Assembly (NCBI GenBank): GCA_050953835.1
Contig: JBMNNH010000018.1
Span: 3,030-67,029 of the forward strand
Direction: 5' to 3'
Origin: Acetivibrionales bacterium
GTDB taxonomy: Bacteria; Bacillota; Clostridia; Acetivibrionales; JBMNNH01
Length of the DNA stretch: 64,000 bases
Within the stretch, counting starts at the first letter, position 1, and the number at the start of each line of letters is the position of its first letter. A model generated the notes under the pieces. It was not told the DNA's origin. It ran no database searches and saw nothing but the letters and a program-made list of their open reading frames with translations. A program made the position numbers and the translations under genes. This document shows, one piece after another, positions 1 to 10,465 of the stretch.

Positions 1-455
1 GAAATCAACTCAGATACCCTTATTCCTGTTGCATAAAGAAGTTCGAGCATTGCTTTATCGCGGTATCCCTTTAAATCCACGCATTTTGGCTGTTCAAGCA
101 ACAATTCCACTTCCTTGGTGGAGAGAATCTGCGGAAGCTTTTTTTCAACTTTGGGAGACTCAAGCTCCATCGTAGGATCCCTTTCGATTATTCTGTTCTT
201 TGTAAGGTATTGGTAAAAGGACCTTATTGACGCAAGGTTTCTGGATATTGTTGATGTAGCACGTCCTTTTTTCTTTAAATGCAACAGATATGTTATTACA
301 GTGGTTTTATTAGTATTTGCAATACTATTTAAATTCAATCCGCGTAAATATGATATGTATTGTTCAATGTCTCTTCTGTATGATTGTAAAGTATTCAAAG
401 ATAAACGCTTATCCTTTTCAAGGAAATTGACAAACTTTTGTATCAAAGCTTCCAT
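1..455 (-). CDS. xerD: Tyrosine recombinase XerD-like, N-terminal part (partial; 3' end lies beyond window start)
   Basis: Not in the ORF track because it runs off the edge. Manual translation from ATG at 455..453 gives MEALIQKFVNFLEKDKRLSLNTLQSYRRDIEQY...KAMLELLYATGIRVSELI. This is the N-terminal SAM-like domain and the start of the catalytic domain (LLYATGxRxSE) typical of XerC/XerD. It is adjacent to spoIIM. Confidence 0.7.
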   Translation of the reverse strand, partial: MEALIQKFVNFLEKDKRLSLNTLQSYRRDIEQYISYLRGLNLNSIANTNKTTVITYLLHLKKKGRATSTISRNLASIRSFYQYLTKNRIIERDPTMELESPKVEKKLPQILSTKEVELLLEQPKCVDLKGYRDKAMLELLYATGIRVSELI

Positions 456-775
456 TTAATCAACTACCCCTTTTTATTATAATATATGTTAATACTTAAC
501 TAATTTATCCAACCATATATCCTTTAATGCCAAACACAGCCAAACTACAAAAAGATTTTATTACATTTTTTATATTAATAAAAGAAAATTTTTCTAAAAT
601 ATAAAAAATAATTCTTACCTATTTATTCTTCAATTGTATTAAAAATCCTGCATGATTTTTACAATTATTAAATAATTTTATATTTTGTCGATGCATAACT
701 TACCTTATATACTATTATATGTATATTATTTATATGTATGTATATATAATTGACTTAAAATACCATTTATATACA

Positions 776-1417
776 TTAATTAATAATAATTGGTGCCATC
801 ATTCTGGTGAAAACTGGTATAATGTAAGCTTCAACCAATATACCGGTAAAAATAATGCTACAGAAAAAAAATGTAACAAAACAGTATGCAAAAAAATTGC
901 TCTTAAGGCTTTCTTTTGATATATGCTTATTTGATTTACTTTTAATAATATTTAGAGAAAAGTTTATTCCGTTGACTCCAAGAGCAATAATACAAGGCAT
1001 AACTATAACTTCTTTGGGGAAAAGAGTAAAAAGTGTAAATAGTATTCCCTTCAATCCAAATATTTTAACAATGAAAGCAGAGCTAAACCCTGTTATAAAT
1101 CCCCTTATACTTATAATTACAAAGATAAAAGGTATTCCAATTATGGTCACACCAAGTACCCATAAGACAACTATTATTCTGATATTTTCCATTAATGCGA
1201 TTTTTAGAAGCTCAGTATTATCAGTACTGTGGCTGTCCAGCAACTGTAAAAAACCCTGAAAATAATTGGTTAATTCATCCCTTTGGACTGAACTCAGCCC
1301 GTTTACTGTAAATGCGCCTGCAGATATCCCAATCACAAACGCCAACAGAAGTAAAAAATATCTGTTTAAATTATTTTTTACATGCATGAACAAGGTTTCA
1401 CGAATCCTAAAAATCAA
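776..1417 (-). CDS. spoIIM: Stage II sporulation protein M
   Basis: 213-aa polytopic membrane protein with SpoIIM-like sequence (NRYFLLLLAFVIGISAGAF...IRGFITGF). TTG start at 1417 lies 6 nt after GAGGGG. Confidence 0.85.
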   Translation of the reverse strand: MIFRIRETLFMHVKNNLNRYFLLLLAFVIGISAGAFTVNGLSSVQRDELTNYFQGFLQLLDSHSTDNTELLKIALMENIRIIVVLWVLGVTIIGIPFIFVIISIRGFITGFSSAFIVKIFGLKGILFTLFTLFPKEVIVMPCIIALGVNGINFSLNIIKSKSNKHISKESLKSNFFAYCFVTFFFCSIIFTGILVEAYIIPVFTRMMAPIIIN

Positions 1418-1486
1418 AATTATCCCCTCTCAACAACTCCTGTCAATAAGAATTTTATGCTGTAAACATAAAAATAATTACTATAA

Positions 1487-2032
1487 TTATTTTATTTCTT
1501 GCTTAATTATTTTATCTGCAAGCAGAATTCCAATTATTGTTTTTGCATCAGTTATTTCCTTATCAAGCACTTTCTCAATAAGTTTGCCTATGCTAATTTT
1601 TTCTGTGGAAATGAATTCATCCTCATCCGCACATGCATCACCTTGTTCCAATCCTTTTGCAATAAACATATGCAGTACTTCATTACTAAACCCGGGTGTA
1701 CTATATACACTTACAATATGTTCTATGACACGTGCTTCAAGCCCGGTCTCTTCTTTTAGTTCCCTTTTCGCACACTCAATCGGTGCTTCGCCAGGGTCCA
1801 GCTTCCCGGCAGGCAGTTCAAGCATTACCTTTTCAAGCGGTTTTCTATACTGCCTCACCATATAAAGCTCGCCATTCTCGCTTATGGGTATAACTACAGC
1901 AGCTCCCGGGTGCAGCACTATCTCTCGTGTACTTTCTTTTCCATTGGGTAAAGCAACTGTATGCAGTTCCAAATCTAAAATCTTTCCCTGAAAAATTTTC
2001 TTTTTTGAAATAGTTTTTTCTTCATACTTCAT
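1487..2032 (-). CDS. nudF: ADP-ribose pyrophosphatase (Nudix hydrolase)
   Basis: Nudix box GKLDPGEAPIECAKRELKEETG. The likely true start is ATG at 2032, preceded by AGGAGG (2041-2046) with an 8-nt spacer. The track start at 2059 is a TTG. Confidence 0.8.
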   Translation of the reverse strand: MKYEEKTISKKKIFQGKILDLELHTVALPNGKESTREIVLHPGAAVVIPISENGELYMVRQYRKPLEKVMLELPAGKLDPGEAPIECAKRELKEETGLEARVIEHIVSVYSTPGFSNEVLHMFIAKGLEQGDACADEDEFISTEKISIGKLIEKVLDKEITDAKTIIGILLADKIIKQEIK

Positions 2033-2274
2033 CGGTGTATCCTCCTGAAAGTTATTCAATTCTTGTAATATTTGTAATAAATAATGCTATATGTGGATAT
2101 ATTTATTAATAATAAAAACGGGAAGGGAAAACTTTATGATTCAAATACTTAATCAGGACGGTTTATACTTAAGGGGCAGTATTGTTGAAATAGTATCACA
2201 GCTCTCCATAATCAGTAAACATTTTAAAACTGTAAAGGAATATATCGATTATAAAACAAAATACCTGAATGAGT

Positions 2275-2733
2275 CTACCGGTTAGCTGCTGTCCTATCCC
2301 TATTTTTCTTAATTTCATCTGTGGCCAGTTTGTCGCACCTGTTATTATATTCATTATCGCTGTGGCCTTTTACTTTTATCCATGTTACTTTATGTTTTAA
2401 GGCCAATTGTTCAAGTTCCTTCCATAAATCTATGTTTTTAACCTCATCCTTGCCTGAAGTCACCCATCCGTTTTGCTTCCAATTGTTTATCCATCCTTCT
2501 TTAAAAGCATTGATAAGATATGCGCTATCACTATAAAGGTCAACTTCACACGCAACCTTAAGAACACTAAGGGCCTTTATTGCCGCAATTAACTCCATTC
2601 TATTATTTGTAGTGTTTTCTTCAAAGCCTGATATTTCTTTTTCATGCTCCCCGTACTTCAGAATAGCTCCCCATCCGCCATCCCCCGGATTACCAGAACA
2701 GGCTCCGTCGGTATATATTTCAACCTTCTTCAT
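2275..2733 (-). CDS. rnhA: Ribonuclease HI
   Basis: [22 protein letters not shown]...NNRMEL...[15 protein letters not shown] is a canonical RNase H fold signature. ATG at 2733 overlaps the proC stop (ATGA at 2730-2733). Confidence 0.85.
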   Translation of the reverse strand: MKKVEIYTDGACSGNPGDGGWGAILKYGEHEKEISGFEENTTNNRMELIAAIKALSVLKVACEVDLYSDSAYLINAFKEGWINNWKQNGWVTSGKDEVKNIDLWKELEQLALKHKVTWIKVKGHSDNEYNNRCDKLATDEIKKNRDRTAANR

Positions 2734-3548
2734 ACCTGCCCATTTCCTCCTATTTCCCTCGCTCTCCTGGTACACCCATTCATGGCTTCAATGACGGAAT
2801 GCCTGAAACCATTCTTCTCAAGTGCATATACAGCCTCAATTGTTGTCCCGGCAGGGGAACAAACCTGATCCTTGAGTTGACCAGGGTGTTTACCGGTCTC
2901 TAGCACCAGTTTTGCTGAGCCAAGTACAGCCTGTGATGCCAGTTTGTATGCAAGATTTCTGGGTATTCCCGACAACACGGCAGCGTCACCCATTGCTTCA
3001 ATAAACATGAAAACATATGCCGGACTGCTGCTTGTTAATGCAGTTACTTCATTCATCAGGCTTTCATCAAGTATTTCGACTTTACCAACGCATTCAAACA
3101 TGTTTTTTACAATTGCAGCATCATTGTCATTTACGTTTTCTCCATATGATATAAGAGTCATTCCCTCCTTAACCAGCGCAGGTGTATTAGGCATTGTCCG
3201 TATTATTTTTTTGTCTTCGCCTAAAACACCTTTTAGAGTATTTATTGCGATACCCACTGCTATGGAAACAAGAATTTTTTTATTATCAAACACGCCCTTC
3301 ACACGTTCAAGAACAGGAACGGCCATATTAGGTTTAACTGCAAGGACAATTATATCTGACTTGCATACCAATTCCTCATTATCCCTTGCCACTATGACGC
3401 CGGTTTCATTGCTGAGGGTTTCAGTTTTTTTTGTATCAATATCATATATGTATATATGCGAAGGGAGTAACATTCCTGACTCCACCAGTCCTTTTAACAA
3501 AGCGGAACCCATATTCCCTGTACCAATAAAACCTATCTTCTTTTCCAT
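2730..3548 (-). CDS. proC: Pyrroline-5-carboxylate reductase
   Basis: [18 protein letters not shown]ossmann motif and a P5CR C-terminal domain (SPAGTTIEA). ATG at 3548 has AGGAGG upstream (3560-3565). Confidence 0.9.
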   Translation of the reverse strand: MEKKIGFIGTGNMGSALLKGLVESGMLLPSHIYIYDIDTKKTETLSNETGVIVARDNEELVCKSDIIVLAVKPNMAVPVLERVKGVFDNKKILVSIAVGIAINTLKGVLGEDKKIIRTMPNTPALVKEGMTLISYGENVNDNDAAIVKNMFECVGKVEILDESLMNEVTALTSSSPAYVFMFIEAMGDAAVLSGIPRNLAYKLASQAVLGSAKLVLETGKHPGQLKDQVCSPAGTTIEAVYALEKNGFRHSVIEAMNGCTRRAREIGGNGQV

Positions 3549-3652
3549 TACTATATTATCCTCCTTTAATTGCAAACTACTTCAGTAGTTTTCTTCCAAT
3601 ATAATACCATAAATATGTATAAATTCCACACTAAAAAATCTACTATTACCCA

Positions 3653-3681
3653 TTGACAGAGTTTTGATGCTATTGTATACT
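3653..3681 (+). promoter_or_regulatory. SigmaA-type promoter for tRNA-Trp
   Basis: TTGACA (3653-3658), 17-nt spacer, TATACT (3676-3681), about 15 nt upstream of the tRNA 5' end. Confidence 0.5.
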
Positions 3682-3696
3682 AATAAGGTCATTTGA

Positions 3697-3772
<76 letters not shown>

Positions 3773-3775
3773 GGC

Positions 3776-3809
3776 ATCCCAAGGGTTAAACCTTTGGGAT
3801 TTTTATTTT
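3776..3809 (+). terminator. Rho-independent terminator after tRNA-Trp
   Basis: 10-bp stem ATCCCAAGGG/CCTTTGGGAT with loop TTAAA, followed by TTTTTATTTT. Confidence 0.7.
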
Positions 3810-3869
3810 CCCCTTTTTCCTTGATATTTCTCTTTACTGACAAGAATATGATATATATGGGGTGCAAAA

Positions 3870-4598
3870 ATGTATAAGTGCTTTACTGTGGAGTATTACG
3901 GGAAACCATTTGAGCTTTTTGGCTTGACACATATTACTGTCCTGACTGTCTTAGCAGTTATTAATACTATAATAATTGCAATTCTTAAAACCAATAAAAG
4001 TGAAAAAGTAAAGAAGTATTTTAGATACTTATTTGCCTTATTTATTTGTGCTGCGAACATTTCCTTTTTTATATGGTCTTTCTTTTCAGGCTACTGGTCG
4101 GTAAAATATACTTTGCCATTGCATATTTGTGATGTATCTGTTGTTTTATCAGTAATAATGCTGGTGCTAAAAAATTACGCCGTTTATGAAATAACTTATT
4201 TCTGGGGACTTGCAGGAAGCACCCAGGCCATATTGACACCTGACATAGCTCCCTATAATTTCCCACACTATATTTTTTTCAGCTTCTTTATTCTTCACGG
4301 CGTTGTAATCACATCTGTCCTTTATATGACTATTGTAGAAGGTTACCGACCAAGGTTTGCCTCAGCAATAAAAGCCCTGATTTACACCCATATATATGCT
4401 TGTATTATTGCTGTAGTAAATGTTTTATTGGACTCAAACTATCTTTTTCTTTGCCGCAAACCATATAATCCATCCATTATTGACTACCTTGGTCCGTGGC
4501 CCTGGTACCTGCTTTCCCTTGATTTCATTGCTGTTATACTATTTCTTTTATACTATCTTCCTTTTGCAATACCCTATTTAATAAAAAACAAAACATAG
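3870..4598 (+). CDS. Polytopic membrane protein (YwaF-like family, function unknown)
   Basis: 242 aa with about 7 hydrophobic segments. The overall pattern resembles the YwaF/TIGR02206-type intramembrane proteins, but this is recognition by eye only. Confidence 0.5.
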   Translation: MYKCFTVEYYGKPFELFGLTHITVLTVLAVINTIIIAILKTNKSEKVKKYFRYLFALFICAANISFFIWSFFSGYWSVKYTLPLHICDVSVVLSVIMLVLKNYAVYEITYFWGLAGSTQAILTPDIAPYNFPHYIFFSFFILHGVVITSVLYMTIVEGYRPRFASAIKALIYTHIYACIIAVVNVLLDSNYLFLCRKPYNPSIIDYLGPWPWYLLSLDFIAVILFLLYYLPFAIPYLIKNKT

Positions 4599-4750
4599 AC
4601 TGGCAGTACTACTGCTACCGCAGCAATAAAAAAAACCATTAAAGCCCCGAGTATATTTTTCTGCCGCCATGTCCACAAACCATAGCTTACAGTATATATT
4701 AATGCCCAAATTAAAATAACAAAAATAATTGATATTGTAAACACCGTCAT
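4574..4750 (-). CDS. Small two-TM protein, candidate fourth (D-type) subunit of the germinant receptor operon
   Basis: Below the track's length cut-off. Manual translation gives MTVFTISIIFVILIWALIYTVSYGLWTWRQKNILGALMVFFIAAVAVVLPVYVLFFIK (58 aa). Its ATG at 4750 directly abuts the TAA (4751-4753) of the C-subunit gene. Confidence 0.45.
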   Translation of the reverse strand: MTVFTISIIFVILIWALIYTVSYGLWTWRQKNILGALMVFFIAAVAVVLPVYVLFFIK

Positions 4751-6046
4751 TTAGACACCCTCCCCTTTTGATGAGTACCCCGGGGTAGACCGTATCATTA
4801 AACCGGGCCTTCTTACCTTAAGATCGACTTCAATATTGAAGCTTGAGCCACTATATTTTTTAAGCCATTCGAACTCCATCCATTCATCCCACGTTAAAAA
4901 TCTGCCTTTTATATTTTTACCAAACTGGCATATGTCAGAATTGAACTGCTGTGTAGTTTTTTTCAGGAATAGAAGCATTTCTTTTTGTAGAAATTCTTCA
5001 GCTGCTTGTTCAAATGTCCTGTGGTTTTCAACACTTTCATAGTTTATTCCACTCTGTATTGACTCAAAATCTGCTTCCAGCATAATCTTGGCATATATAT
5101 TGGGCTTGTCCCCGGACATTTCAACCCGCCTGACAGGTTTTCTTCTCTGCTTGACATTTAGTACTACATAATTATTATTTGAAAGTGGATCGAGGAAAGT
5201 AATGTAGGAGTATTTATACTGGCCTGTGAGCATCAGATAATAAAGTGCTTCCTGCCCATCCAGTGTTCCAACCATTTTCCCTCCGTCAAACACTGCAAGA
5301 CCAAATATTACAGATTTTTCCTCTCCCGTACTGGGAATCTCTCCGGCTGTGAAATCACCACTGCGTGGATACTCCCTCCCTTTTTCCTTATATGTTGAGC
5401 CTTCCAAGTCAAATTCATCAGTAGACTCAAATCTGCCTACCGCACCGAGGTCTGCAACCGGCTGGCTGCAGGTGCATTCCTGCTGCAGGTAAAAGTTAAA
5501 GAGGGAAGTTTCTGCAGTAAAGCCTGTGTACCAAAATGACCGGGTATTCAATTCATAATACTTTGCCGGATGTATCTCCATCTTTGGATCTACATTTTTT
5601 ATGTAGTCTTCCGCAGACCCCTTTGCAATAATTATGTACATATTAGGTCTGAATTCCCTTCCTCTCACAAAAGCCTGTATGTATTTTTCTATTCCCTCCC
5701 TTGCCAACTCTTCTGATATAACTATCACCTTGGTGTGAGTTGTATTAATCCGCTTGCTTATATATGCGTTTATCATATTCATACCTGAGTATATTGTTGG
5801 AGTTTCCACAGAGGTAATTGTAAAGGATTTTCCTTCCGAACCACCGCCTTCACCGCCTCCAATGTTTTTTGGAATCTCTATCTGGAATGTCATTTTTAAA
5901 TGATTTGTTTTTCCTTTATCTAGCCCGATTGCACTTGTATACCCAAATTCGTCTATTTCTGTAGCGTCAAAACATCCGGAACATAGTATGAGTGCTAATA
6001 TTATAAATAAGAGTGCTGTTTTTTTCACAACACTAATCTCTTTCAT
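4751..6046 (-). CDS. Spore germinant receptor C subunit, Ger(x)C-family lipoprotein
   Basis: Lipobox LILCSGC followed by FDATEIDEFGYTSAIGLDKG, the hallmark N-terminus of Ger(x)C proteins. Third gene of an A-B-C operon. Confidence 0.85.
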   Translation of the reverse strand: MKEISVVKKTALLFIILALILCSGCFDATEIDEFGYTSAIGLDKGKTNHLKMTFQIEIPKNIGGGEGGGSEGKSFTITSVETPTIYSGMNMINAYISKRINTTHTKVIVISEELAREGIEKYIQAFVRGREFRPNMYIIIAKGSAEDYIKNVDPKMEIHPAKYYELNTRSFWYTGFTAETSLFNFYLQQECTCSQPVADLGAVGRFESTDEFDLEGSTYKEKGREYPRSGDFTAGEIPSTGEEKSVIFGLAVFDGGKMVGTLDGQEALYYLMLTGQYKYSYITFLDPLSNNNYVVLNVKQRRKPVRRVEMSGDKPNIYAKIMLEADFESIQSGINYESVENHRTFEQAAEEFLQKEMLLFLKKTTQQFNSDICQFGKNIKGRFLTWDEWMEFEWLKKYSGSSFNIEVDLKVRRPGLMIRSTPGYSSKGEGV

Positions 6047-7148
6047 TTCTATTTCTCTCCTTAATAGCCCTGTTTTTTTTAAAGCCAGCCATCAAAAGTA
6101 TAAGTATGGTTAAGCCAAAAGCAACAATCCATGCATAATTCATTAAGTATTTTGTATCCAATTCTATTGCTGTTAGCAGATTCGGAGGAATAATGCTCAA
6201 TGTAAAAACAATAATCGAAAAAGGAATTATCAATGGCTTATAGTATTTTATGTTAAAAGTCTCTGCAAATACATATAATATAAAAAAGAAGCTGAGAGTA
6301 AGATAGAGCAGAGCTGCGATTGCCCATAAAAATAAAAAAACAGATTCGACTCTCTGGAAAAACCTTCCATAATTGATGGTCCTGGCAAGTTGGTATATGG
6401 GTAAAAAATTTTCTGTGGCACTGGGGTATGGAAAAATAATCAAATAAACAAGTGCACTTAAAATAAGAAAAAGAGCAGACATGAGCAAACCAATATATCC
6501 CACCCTTTTAAAGTTTCTGTTGATTTTTAAAAAAGGAGCTATAAAAAAAATAACAATTATTCCTGAGAAAATTGAGATCTTTCCCAAACCTTCAAGAAAT
6601 ATTTTGTCAGTACCCAGTCCAAACCAGGGCATTATCCTTGAAAAGTCATTGAACTGAAGTACTCCGACTGCTATTATAATATAACCAACAATTATTAAAG
6701 GAACTGCAATTGCTGCAACCCTTACTATACCCTCAATGCCTGCATATGCTCCTGTAATCATACCTGCTAGAAAAAACAGCATTACAAAGCTTATGGGAGA
6801 TACCGAAAGGCTTATTATCTTCATATTTTCACTGAACTCACGCAGTACTATTGAGACATCAAAAATTAGATACAGGAATATTATTGTCCCTGCTATGATT
6901 TTTAGAGCCTTTCCTCCTGCAAACTCACTTATCTCTAAAATGTCCATCCCTTCAAACCTTGAGTACAGCCTTGTTATAAAAGTAAACAAGACTAAAGCAA
7001 TAATGGAAACATATGCCGTTAGAATCCATCCTGCCGTGCCTGCAGCTTCAGCTACCACACGGGGCATGTTCAAGAATATCTGTGTGCATATTGCCAATAC
7101 CACTGTTGATATCCCTTCCCATTTCCCAAAAATGATTTCCCTGTTCAC
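6033..7148 (-). CDS. Spore germinant receptor B subunit (amino-acid-permease-like)
   Basis: About 10 TM segments in the GerAB/spore-permease position. The likely start is GTG at 7148, 6 nt after GGGAGG (7155-7160). The track start at 7196 would overlap the A gene. Confidence 0.8.
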   Translation of the reverse strand: MNREIIFGKWEGISTVVLAICTQIFLNMPRVVAEAAGTAGWILTAYVSIIALVLFTFITRLYSRFEGMDILEISEFAGGKALKIIAGTIIFLYLIFDVSIVLREFSENMKIISLSVSPISFVMLFFLAGMITGAYAGIEGIVRVAAIAVPLIIVGYIIIAVGVLQFNDFSRIMPWFGLGTDKIFLEGLGKISIFSGIIVIFFIAPFLKINRNFKRVGYIGLLMSALFLILSALVYLIIFPYPSATENFLPIYQLARTINYGRFFQRVESVFLFLWAIAALLYLTLSFFFILYVFAETFNIKYYKPLIIPFSIIVFTLSIIPPNLLTAIELDTKYLMNYAWIVAFGLTILILLMAGFKKNRAIKERNRNERD

Positions 7149-7165
7149 CTTAAACCTCCCATGCT

Positions 7166-8923
7166 TTAACGTTTCTTTTTGTCCTCTTCTGCCCATCCCC
7201 TGCTTATTCCAGGCTGCTTTTTAGTACTTTTGGTGTTGAGATAATCCGGCCTTGATTCCTGTTTCCATATTGGTGCCCGTGTAATTTCATCATCCATAGT
7301 CATTCCAGTCCTTGGAGCAAAGGGTGCAAGAAAAGGTACACCAAATGACTTTGAAGTTGAAAGCCACAGAGCATGTACAAACAAGCCCAGGGAAATCCCC
7401 ATAAAACCTGCCATTGCTCCAAGTATTATATATGCAATTCTGACTATTCTAAATGAAAAAGCCATGGAGAAGCTTGGAATTGCAAATGAACCTATTCCGG
7501 TTACAGCCACAATAATTATTAATATGGGGCTTACAATTGTTGCAGCTACCGCTGCCTGCCCAAGTATCAGCGCTCCTATAATACCCAAAGTCGGGCCTAT
7601 CGGCCCTGGAACCCTGATACCCGCTTCTCTTATAAGTTCAAAGGAAAACTCCATTACCAAGAGCTCCACCAGGGAAGGAAAGGGTACTCTTTCCCTGGAG
7701 GCACCAATTGCAATAAGAAGGTCTGTCGGTATCATTTCATGGTGGAAGTTTATAATTGATATATATATGCCGGGTAAAAGTAAGCTAAGTATAGCGGCAA
7801 GCAGTCTGATAAACCTCAGAAAGTTAACATACGGGAACCTGATATATGCATCTTCTGCAGAATGAAACAAACTGGTAGCATTAGCAGGTATTACAAGTGC
7901 AAAGGGGCTGCCGTTCATTATTATAGCTACCTTCCCCTCAACAAGAAGGGAAGCCACCCTGTCGGGCCTTTCAGTATCTATAACAAGCGGTGCAGGAAGC
8001 ATAGTGCTGTCCTCCAAGAATTGTTCGAGCTGGCCCGTATCCAAAACATAATCAGCCTTTATGCTTCTCATCCTTCTTCTTACTTCTTGTACAAGCGAGT
8101 CATTGACAATATCCTTTATGTACATAATAGAACACGGGGTTTTACTTATTTTGCCTACAGCCACATCTTCGGCTATCAGGTCTTCATCTTTAAGAATCTT
8201 TCTTACAAGTCCTGTATTAACCCTTAATACTTCATTAAAGCCTTCCTGAGGGCCACGAAGGACAAGTTCATTATTCGGCCTTTCCACTCCCCTGTGTTCC
8301 CACCCTTTTGTATCACATGCGAAAGCATGATCAAGTCCATCAACAAAAATCCCACAGCCTCCAAAGTTAATTTCTGATATTATATCCTCATAAACACTGG
8401 TATATTTCAACTGATTTTGCGGAAGAAGGTTTTTCCTTATATACTGGCCAATATTTTTCTCATCGCTCTTAATATTAAGGTTTGATAGAATCATAAGCGG
8501 TTGAAGGATGTTATTGTTTATTACGTTCCTATCGGTCAAACCATCATAAAATATTATAAAAGCAGAAACCGGTTTATCATTAAATACAACATCAAATTCC
8601 CTAATAATAATATCTCCGTTTATTGGTATGCTATATACCTTTTTCATGTATTCAAGGTTAATACTTAAATCCTTATTTATAGCAATTTTCTGTTTTTCTT
8701 CTGATTTGCCTGTCTGTTTAATAAATACCTTTCCTACTCCGGTGTTCTTTATCCTGTGATGTTTCTTATTTCTATTATCTTTATTGCCTTCTTTTTCCTC
8801 TTCTCTTTCAATGTCTCCAATCTCTTCTTTCTCTCTCTTGGTTTCCTCTAACACAAAACTCTCTGCCTTTTCCGGTTCTTTAAACAGTAAAAGGCTTTTC
8901 ACCGTTTTCTTAAAACCTGTCAT
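7166..8923 (-). CDS. Spore germinant receptor A subunit (GerAA/GerKA family)
   Basis: Soluble N-domain plus a C-terminal 4-5 TM region, with conserved motifs such as GPQEGF and EFSFELIREAG(I)R. ATG at 8923 lies 7 nt after AGGAG. Confidence 0.85.
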   Translation of the reverse strand: MTGFKKTVKSLLLFKEPEKAESFVLEETKREKEEIGDIEREEEKEGNKDNRNKKHHRIKNTGVGKVFIKQTGKSEEKQKIAINKDLSINLEYMKKVYSIPINGDIIIREFDVVFNDKPVSAFIIFYDGLTDRNVINNNILQPLMILSNLNIKSDEKNIGQYIRKNLLPQNQLKYTSVYEDIISEINFGGCGIFVDGLDHAFACDTKGWEHRGVERPNNELVLRGPQEGFNEVLRVNTGLVRKILKDEDLIAEDVAVGKISKTPCSIMYIKDIVNDSLVQEVRRRMRSIKADYVLDTGQLEQFLEDSTMLPAPLVIDTERPDRVASLLVEGKVAIIMNGSPFALVIPANATSLFHSAEDAYIRFPYVNFLRFIRLLAAILSLLLPGIYISIINFHHEMIPTDLLIAIGASRERVPFPSLVELLVMEFSFELIREAGIRVPGPIGPTLGIIGALILGQAAVAATIVSPILIIIVAVTGIGSFAIPSFSMAFSFRIVRIAYIILGAMAGFMGISLGLFVHALWLSTSKSFGVPFLAPFAPRTGMTMDDEITRAPIWKQESRPDYLNTKSTKKQPGISRGWAEEDKKKR

Positions 8924-9021
8924 TTTTTCACTCCTGATTAGTATTCTCCTCATATTATGTATTATTTGTAAGTGAAATATGCAGTGTCTGGATTATTAAC
9001 TAAAACATTGGCAATAAAAAG

Positions 9022-9849
9022 TCAAAATTCTACTTCATTTCCAACAGAACCGTTTCCAAGCTTAACCAGGTATACATCCCATTTTCTAGAACCCAGCTTT
9101 TTTGCAAAGCTCCTGTCAAAAACCGCAAAGTCGAATCTGTATTTTCCTTTTATTGCAGATCCTGTATCCATTGCGACTGCATATCCAAGCCCTTTAATAT
9201 AGAATATTGTTCCAAAAGGCCAGTAATCTGTATCAACTGCTATTGATATTCCAGGGATTATTGGCTTCCCAGAATTGGTAATTCCCCTGTCATTTCCGCA
9301 TTCCTCTTTGCATGGTGTATAAGAAGTTCCCAAAAACCTTCCAATGTATTTTCCTCTGTCAATTTCACCTCTGAAGCTTAATCCTTTAAATTCTGTATAA
9401 TTCTGTGGTTTTATTCCAGCTGAAGCCGCAATCTTAAGTGAATTTTGAAGGGCAATATTGTCTTCCACTAATTCCTGGTTTTTTCTCAAAAGTCTATCGT
9501 TTAATTCCCTGAGTGAATGTATTTCCTTTAAAAATTCCCTGTTTTGTTTGATAATTTTTTCGTTATTATGCAGTATGCTTGCATTTTTAGATTCTAAGCT
9601 TTCCCTCTCCTTTAAAAGCAGACTTTTTTCAGTTTCTGCTTCATCAAATTTCCTTGCTGCAGTATCCACCATGCTTTTAATTTCATTATAGGATTTTGTT
9701 ACCATAACATTATTTATACAAAGCATCAGTATTAAAACCAATAATATATGTATTACTCCAAAATTCTTTATAAAATGTCTTATTAATATTCTGTACCTTC
9801 TTAATCTTTCATAAGGTGTATTATCCTTAGCCAACTGTGAGTTGAGCAT
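9022..9849 (-). CDS. Membrane-anchored coiled-coil protein with C-terminal 3D (MltA-like) domain
   Basis: N-terminal TM, a coiled-coil segment, and a C-terminal ISIAVDTDYWPFGTIFYIKGLGYAVAMDTGSAIKG pattern typical of 3D-domain cell-wall proteins. Confidence 0.7.
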   Translation of the reverse strand: MLNSQLAKDNTPYERLRRYRILIRHFIKNFGVIHILLVLILMLCINNVMVTKSYNEIKSMVDTAARKFDEAETEKSLLLKERESLESKNASILHNNEKIIKQNREFLKEIHSLRELNDRLLRKNQELVEDNIALQNSLKIAASAGIKPQNYTEFKGLSFRGEIDRGKYIGRFLGTSYTPCKEECGNDRGITNSGKPIIPGISIAVDTDYWPFGTIFYIKGLGYAVAMDTGSAIKGKYRFDFAVFDRSFAKKLGSRKWDVYLVKLGNGSVGNEVEF

Positions 9850-10423
9850 GTTTTCCCTCCCTTATTAATATTTAAAATTTACTTATAGATTATCTTCTTT
9901 TTCTCCACTTTATTCATTTTATTGAAGTCGTAATTCCCTGATGCAATCAAGTCAGCCTTTTCAGCTATAATTCCATTTTCACCCTTAAATTCTTTTTACT
10001 ATTGATAATGGGTGTATTTTGTATATTTGACCCAAATTATGGAAAGTATATTATGGAGAGGCTATAGAGGCTAATTAAAGGGTGTATATTATGTGAAGAA
10101 ATGTTTCCAGGAACTGATGCTTCAAGCTTAAAAGCCTGTAGTGTTCAGCCTTAATGTCAAATCAAACTTACAAAATAATTTCAAATCTTGTAAAAAGGTA
10201 ATTATTTTGCTCAAACAGTGATTTGACTCTATATCTGCTTCACAACAGTCTCTAAAGCTCTTGCATATGTTCCTTCCATCATTTTTCTTCACATTTGTTA
10301 CATGCACCAGCTTTAATGAGTTTGATTTGACACAAAGGTTGAATTTACAGCCTCTTAGAGACGGAACACAAGCCATGGAATAATATGGTTCATGCAGAAA
10401 ATACACTTTTACTGATTTATATA

Positions 10424-10452
10424 TTTACTTTTCAGTCCAACTATGCTATAAT
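10424..10452 (+). promoter_or_regulatory. SigmaA-type promoter for tRNA-Pro
   Basis: TTTACT (10424-10429), 17-nt spacer, TATAAT (10447-10452) preceded by TGC, 13 nt upstream of the tRNA. Confidence 0.5.
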
Positions 10453-10465
10453 TTAAATTCGTTAT

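Noticed and set aside
1-455. The XerD-like recombinase, and the tRNA genes at 3.7 and 10.5 kb, as integration machinery or attachment sites for the CIS island.
   Set aside because: The recombinase sits in the conserved xerD-spoIIM-nudF housekeeping context. The tRNAs are 9-16 kb from the island edge, with core genes in between. No direct repeats bounding the island were seen in the window.
2091-2285. 64-aa plus-strand ORF between nudF and rnhA (possible 49-aa version starting MIQILNQDG at 2136).
   Set aside because: A weak purine-rich RBS is present, but there is no recognisable motif and the 3' end overlaps rnhA. The evidence is insufficient to call it.
10128-10406. 92-aa Cys-rich ORF in the 600-bp gap upstream of tRNA-Pro, with scattered short inverted repeats (GTCAAATCAAAC at about 10157 / GTTTGATTTGAC at about 10321; ATGTGAAGAAA at about 10091 / TTTCTTCACAT at about 10283).
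   Set aside because: No convincing RBS or recognisable family. The repeat pairs are interleaved (A-B-A'-B') rather than nested, so they do not form a simple hairpin. With no search tools I cannot separate a decayed gene fragment or ncRNA from chance. It is left unannotated.
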